Of a DNA stretch of 64,000 nt, positions 56,990-64,000 are shown piece by piece. The translations under genes were made by a program, and so were the position numbers. The notes under the pieces were generated by a model that saw only the letters and a program-made list of their open reading frames with translations, made no database searches and was not told where the DNA came from. The stretch comes from the human T2T-CHM13v2.0 reference genome, Homo sapiens: NCBI RefSeq assembly GCF_009914755.1, contig NC_060929.1; one strand, given 5' to 3'. Positions within the stretch are counted from its first letter, which is position 1; each line of letters starts with the position of its first letter.

Positions 56990-57492
56990 CGCTAATCGGC
57001 AGCCTTTTTAGTTGTAAAAGAAATAAATGCAACCTCACACTGACTTAAGGCAAAAGGGGATCTGGTGACTCAAAGCCATCAAGAACCTGCCTGCTCATCT
57101 CTCCTCTCTGCTTTCCTCTCCATCAGCTCCTATCTCCAGCAGGATCTCCTGTGTCATGGCCCGATGCCCACCTGCAGCTCCAGGTTTACACACTTTCAGC
57201 CTAGCAACTTATCCATGACATAAATCTTCTCTTTCATGATAACTTCGAACAAAGGTGCCAGGCAGGGCTGCCACTGTCCATTCTAGGTCACATGACTATC
57301 ACAAAATAACCAATCCCTGGTCACTGTAGCCAGAGACATAGTGCTCTGATTGCCAGGCCTAGGTCAGCTGGGGGCTCCTGGAGCTGGGAAGGGGGTTACT
57401 GAGAATGAAACAGGTAATCCTCTAAAAAAAATCAGGGTACTGCATCCAGAAGGGAAGGGATGCTGAGAAGGCAAAAATAAATGTTGACTACA
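56990..57492 (-). mobile_element. MLT1K-like MaLR LTR
   Basis: 'tgacttaaggcaaaagggga', 'ctctgattgccaggcctaggtca', 'aaaatcagggtactgcatccagaagggaagggatgctg...gactaca'. Confidence 0.6.
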
Positions 57493-57699
57493 ACACTGAG
57501 TCACTCTTTTTCTTCTAAGATGTAAACATGTTTTCTACATAATTAAAAGAAAAAACAAAAAGAAAAAGCAGCACGTGTTCCTTCTCAACAGATGCACACT
57601 CCTGGGCTATCTCAACCGTCTCACGATTTCACCTTACAGCTGTCCCTCTTAGAGTTCTCCAAATCGTCCATGTAAGATAGAAAGAAACAAACAGCTTGC

Positions 57700-58150
57700 T
57701 GGTCATCCTCACCTGTATGATCAGCAGTCACTTCAAGCTGAACTCGCCCACAACAGACCTCGCCATATTTGCACTGAGCCTACTACTTCTCCTGGAGTCT
57801 CTATTTCAGCAAGTGCAACCGCCACTGCCATCATCATAGTGACCTCAAAATAACCAATCCCTGCCCTCATCTCATCTCCCACCTTCAGTGCCACCCATCC
57901 CATAGCAATCACCAAATCCTGCCAATTCTTCCTCCTAAATGTAGTGCTCCTCGAAGTTGTCCCTTCAGCTCCATCTTTAGTCCCACAGGTCAGGGTCCTC
58001 ATCATGTCTCGTGTGGAGCCCGAAGGGATTCTAAGAGGCTCTTCTGGGCTGTGCCTTCTTCCCTCCTGAGTGGCTGCCAGAAGGATCCTCCCCTCACTCA
58101 AATCTGACCAGGCCATTCACCACTCTTCAACCTTGCAGGAGTTCTCCTTC
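57700..58150 (+). mobile_element. L2 LINE fragment
   Basis: 'gcaatcaccaaatcctgccaattcttcctcctaaat', 'caaatctgaccaggccattc'. Confidence 0.6.
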
Positions 58151-58194
58151 ATCTACCCCTGCGATTTCCTAATGAAACTTACATAGAAGCCCAG

Positions 58195-58679
58195 TGTATT
58201 AATTTCCAAGGGCTCCTGTAACAAATTACCACAAACTTCATGGCTTGAAGCAACACAAGTTAACTCTCTCAGCTTTCTGGAGGCCAGAAGTCCCAAATCA
58301 AAGTGTGGTCAGGGTTGGCTCCTTCTGGAGTCTCTGAAGGAGAGTCCGTTGCACCCCTCTCTCCTAGCTGCTGCTAGCTGTGGCAATCCTTGGTGTCCGT
58401 GGCTTGTAGGCACATCCCTTCACTCTGCCTACATCTTCACATGGCCTTCTCCACTGTGTTTCTCCTCAGGGTCTATATGTCTCAAATCTGCCTTATAAAA
58501 ACACTAGTCATTGGATTTAGGATCCAATTAATCCACCCAGTTAATCCAAAATTATGTCTTGAGATCTTTAATTTAATTACATCTGCAAAGACCCTGTTTC
58601 CAAGTAAGGTCACATTGACAAGTACCAGGGATTAGAATTTGGGTGTATATTTTGGGGGAACACAATTTAACTAACGACA
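58195..58679 (-). mobile_element. MLT1C MaLR solo LTR
   Basis: 'tgtattaatttcc...taacaaattaccacaaact...ctggaggccagaagtcc...aattacatctgcaaagaccctgtttccaagtaaggtcacatt'; near-TSD ccca(g/a). Confidence 0.85.
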
Positions 58680-58730
58680 CCCAATATATGCAATGATGGT
58701 TACAAGATAAATCCCAAGCCCTTGTAAATG

Positions 58731-59074
<344 letters not shown>

Positions 59075-60074
59075 TAGCTCCCCGCCTTTGGCTGTCTCCA
59101 TCATCACTGGCTCACATCCTGGCTTTGTGCCCCAGTCCTACCCAAGGCTATTTTCTACCCCTGTGTCTTTTCCCCTTCTGATACTTCTACCTGGGATGTG
59201 TTCCTGCCTTGCTCCCGTATCACCTGACTGTGAGCATTTTGGGACTAAGACACCAAAACAGAGGTCTTACTGGCAATCAAAAGCAAAACTTAACACTACA
59301 GCTTGAATCAGCTTTTGCAATGTTTAAGAAAAAATCTAACCAATTGCCATTTTTTTTAAACCTGCAGATTCATATAAAAAAATCGGTATTCCCAGCTTCT
59401 CTTTGGCAGCATTAGCCTGCTTTCTGGTGTTGTAGCATGAGTCCAGAGCTGCAAGTAGCAGGGCTGCTCACTTTGGCCTTCATGTATTCTGCAATTCACA
59501 TCCAGTTTACCTCCAGGCCTCTGGCACTTACCCCCATTAGCATTGGGTCCTATAGGCCCTTGAGTTCATCCTCTGCCTTAAGATTTCTCTTCTAGACTGA
59601 GCTGCCTTCTCTACAGGGAAACCTTAGCTCACCCTGCCTCTCCACCCTCCCATTTGTTCTGGTCTTGCTTCACCACCTGCCTCAAGGGAGGCCACTTCAA
59701 ACACACACAAAAATCTCCCTCATGACCTGGCACACTTTCGTGTTCTCTCCCTACCACTCGTTTTCACAATATACTAAATAGCCTATACATTATGTATTAT
59801 ACGTTAATTACAAAATTAATCCATAAACCACAGCATCAAGGCCAAAGCAGGGCACCACTGTCCATGCCCAAATGCCTGCATACCTTTCCCATTTCCAGGC
59901 TGTTGTAGCTCATCATTTTACCCTGGTGTTACCAATACTAAAATGGCATGGAGGTTGGGAAAAAAAATGGTAGGATTTATCTTACTCCATATATCCATCT
60001 AGCAATCCACCCATTCCTCACTTTCTACCTAAATTGCTGAAAAAACAGAAACTGGCAGCCAGCTACCCAGATAA

Positions 60075-60378
<304 letters not shown>

Positions 60379-60406
60379 AATAAATTTTAATGGCAAGAGT
60401 AAATTA

Positions 60407-60709
<303 letters not shown>

Positions 60710-60755
60710 TTATAAACCTGCTCTCTGGAGGCAGCTCAAGAGATAGCCAAACTCT

Positions 60756-60875
60756 CTCCAGGATTTTCACCAAAGCACATTGCCGAGCCCCTTGCTGAAG
60801 AAAGCCTACCCACACCTCCAGGATTTTCACCAAAGCACGTTGCCGAGCCCCTTGCTGAAGAAAGCCTACCTATAC
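60756..60875 (+). repeat. 60-bp tandem duplication (2 copies)
   Basis: ctccaggattttcaccaaagcac(a/g)ttgccgagccccttgctgaagaaagcctacc(cacac/tatac); 57/60 identical. Confidence 0.95.
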
Positions 60876-60918
60876 CCACAACACTCCTGGGTCTGTCCTT
60901 TGTTTTGACACAGCCAAG

Positions 60919-61292
60919 ATAGGTTGTACATAGCAAGATAAAATGCCAGGATGGCGACATTTGTTCTGCCCAGCTTCCAAGCTTGCCCTCATGTGTCAGA
61001 TGTCAGATTTCTAAGAATAACTGCTCGTTTTTCCAAAAATGAACCTCACACATTCATTGGAACTTCCTGTCCCCACCAAAGCATTCTTCATAACCAAGCA
61101 GACAAAAGAGAGTTGTTGGGAAATGATCTCGTGCTCAGAATCCATGTCAGCAAATGCCTTATGATCAGGAAGTTAGTGTTATTTAAGTGGGAGATGGTTC
61201 CTCTCTAAAACAATGGTGCCCAGAAAATAACTATAATCATGTTATTTTATTACTTTGCCGTTGTGCTTGTATATTTTTAACCACTGCATTGT
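60919..61292 (+). repeat. Local duplication, copy 1 (~375 bp)
   Basis: Direct repeat of 62682-63060; ~18 substitutions and 3 indels by hand alignment. Confidence 0.95.
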
Positions 61293-62681
61293 GCTTTTTG
61301 CACCTATATTGTACTTTATTATACCCTGAAGGTATCACTTAAGTGTATATTTTCATTTTAGGGCATATGGTTTTCAGTTTTTCAACAATTGAAACAAGTT
61401 GGAGTTGTAGTAAAGTAATTTGAGAAGAGGCCAGTCTTGGAAGTCTGTATTTTTAAAGACTTTGAGTTTGGGAAAAAACATTTGTTTTACTTATTTACTG
61501 TGGTTAAAAAGACCATTACATTTGCTTGTTAATCAGTCATAATTTGAGAAAGGATAGTTTCTTTAGAGCCTCAGAAAATGGCCCTCTGGCCACCAACATA
61601 TTTTCCATTTTGGCTCTGTAATAAAACAGTATTCAGTAAATGAAAGACATTGGCATTTGTTTGGATTTCTTTTTTGAACTTTTTATATAAAACACTTCTG
61701 TTCCATTAGGATAATCCTATTTGACTTGCTTCTCTCAGTCAAAGAAAAGGAAAAAACTATTATGAGAGAGCCAGGAACAAAGGATTTCCCACCCCTAGTC
61801 GGGCTTTTGATCCTCACATGGTCATAACAGGCCTCCGGCAGTAGCCAATAACTTCCGGCTTCAAAGGAGGGGAAGCAGGCTTAAAATGAACGCACCGTCC
61901 AGTGCTGCCATGAGGTTTGGGCTGGCAGATTGCTCTCCTGACCCCTGTGTACAATCACTTTCTGCCCTCTGTGATGGATACAATTACCACTGTTTTTACC
62001 TACAGAGAAACCCCCACTACTATTTTATGGCCAGTGAATTTGCCTGCCCGTGTCTAATACAGTCATGGTGTTGAACTCGACCATGTCGCACTAGGCTTAT
62101 GTTAAGATAATCAAAGAATGTGGAGCACTGAGTCACTTTTGTTCTTTATAGAAAACACCAGAGCAGAAACCAACAGTTTGTCAAACAATTCACCATAGCA
62201 AGATTTTAATAAATGAGTCTTTTTGCTGATATGGCAATTATTTTACACAGAAAAAAGATATAAATTCCATGCTGTCCTGGATCTACACAAACAAGAAAAA
62301 ACATTCATAATTCTGGAAATTTTCTAGTTCAGCAACTCCATCAACTTTCAATTAACCTCAGAAGCCAGGCCATTACTGCTGCCAGATTAGCTCGAGAACT
62401 CTCCAGGACCCTTTAATTCTTTACACCAGACCTTTTCCACATTTATTTATCTATTTCTTCTTTCCCTTCCACACCCCTGTTCTCTTCTCTGCCTCCTTCA
62501 CTTTCTATTCCATTATACCCTTCTTAATCTACCACACCTCAGTGGTGATGGTGGGCAAAAATGGCTGCCATTATGTTATCAGCACGAACTAAGCTTACTT
62601 GGGAAGTCAGAAAACGGGATGCAATCCCCATAAACATGGAAAAGGCATATTGATTCTATGTCATCAAGCTCCACCTTTCCC

Positions 62682-63060
62682 ATAGGTTGCACATGGCAAG
62701 ATAAAATGCCAGGATGGGGACAATTTTTCTGCCCAGCTTCCAAGCTTGCCTTCATGTGCCATATGTCAGATTTCTAAGAATACTGTTCAGTTTTCCAAAA
62801 ATGAACCTCACACATTCATAGGGCCACTCAAACTTCCTGCCCCCACCAAAGCATTCTTCATAACCAAACAGACAAAAGAGAGTTGTTGGGAAATGACCTC
62901 GTGCTCAGAATCCATGTCAGCAAATGCCTTATGATCAGGAAGTTAGTGTTATTTAAGAGTGAGATGGTTCCTCTCTAAAACAATGGTGCCCAGAAAATAA
63001 CTATAATCATGTTATTTTATTGCTTTGCCGTTGTGCTTGTATTTTTAACCACTGCATTGT
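62682..63060 (+). repeat. Local duplication, copy 2 (~379 bp)
   Basis: Direct repeat of 60919-61292. Confidence 0.95.
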
Positions 63061-64000
63061 CCAAAGGAAATCCTTGCTCTTCTCTTTCGTGAGTTTTCTT
63101 TCTTTCTACCCACTTTCCCCCATCTTTGCTACCCTCCTTTCAAATATTTGCTCATACCATTTTCCCTTTATGGAATGCCCTCCCTGAATCTATTTATGTA
63201 AATCTACTCTTCACTTCAAAATACAACCTAATTGCTTCTCTTTTTCCGAGCATTCTATGATCAAAAGAGCAGGTCATGGACTTTTCTGCCTTGAATTCAT
63301 GTGGCACTCACTGTCCAGAGCAAGATTTGTATTCATGCAACAGAGCTTCTTTAAGCACCTACTATATCCTTAACATAATGATAAGCCCTGCACTGTATGA
63401 CATTTTCGAAATGAAAAAAATTTACTTTATCAAAGAAGAAAAGATGTCACATGACACAAATATCTATATGACAATGTAGAATATGATGAGTGTCATGAAA
63501 GATATATAATTTTAAAGCTCAAAAGAAGGAGACAGATGACTTCTCTCCAGGGAAACTGCTTCAAGGATTTGCTTGTTGTGCCAGTCTAGAAGGAATGCTG
63601 ATCTCTATCACATTAGTATTTGTGGCCCTGGAGTCATCCCTCTTGCCTTTCATTGTTCGTTGCCTGGCATTGTTCACTTGCATTTTTAGATGCTTCTGTC
63701 TTGTCACTATAACTAGATATGAGCTTGAAATGAACTGAAATCTTGCCTTATATTTTATATGGTTCCCTCACTACCCTTTACCTAATAGTTACACAGTAAA
63801 CATTTTTTAACCCAACAAACCCTTATTTAACCCCTACTGATTTCCTGACTCTGAGCACGGTAGTTAGGGATGGCAGCCAACTTCCACAGAGAGAGACCTG
63901 GCCAGGAACCATTCCACTATGGAGGTGAAGAATAAACAGGACTTTATAGATGAGTGATGGTTTACCAGATGGACAAGGAGAGAAGTATTCCCAATGCAAG

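Noticed and set aside
60736-60960. ORF with a repeated peptide (GRLSSARGSAxCFGENPG x2)
   Set aside because: It is a by-product of the 60-bp tandem duplication being a multiple of three; there is no other coding evidence.
60919-63060. The 375-bp repeats as paired LTRs of an unknown retroelement
   Set aside because: Homology does not begin and end at TG...CA, there is no PBS or polypurine tract on either strand, the spacer is non-coding, and the flanks give only a 4/5 match (ccaag/ccaaa).

Overview
This window is primate (human-like) non-coding nuclear DNA dominated by transposable elements. I find no supportable protein-coding gene, RNA gene or CRISPR array; the longer ORFs in the track are transposon remnants or chance ORFs. 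The first large block is a full-length Tigger1 DNA transposon (6427-9462) carrying nested Alu and L1PA15/16 insertions. Next is a 5'-intact L1PA8-like LINE (9611-17344, TSD-flanked) with an internal deletion, a nested Alu and a complete nested THE1A MaLR provirus. Then come a two-LTR HERV-H provirus (21543-27249, TSD TTATG, tRNA-His PBS), a solo LTR12C (45948-47284), a 5'-truncated L1PA2/3, many Alus, and old MIR/L2/MLT/MER fragments. The most notable structure not explained by known repeats is at 60.1-63.1 kb: an inverted Alu pair 28 bp apart, a 60-bp tandem duplication, and a ~375-bp ~95%-identical non-tandem duplication of apparently unique, motif-rich sequence. Subfamily names come from remembered consensus features, not from an alignment. 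I found no evidence of a new biological system; the findings are regulatory and evolutionary hypotheses.
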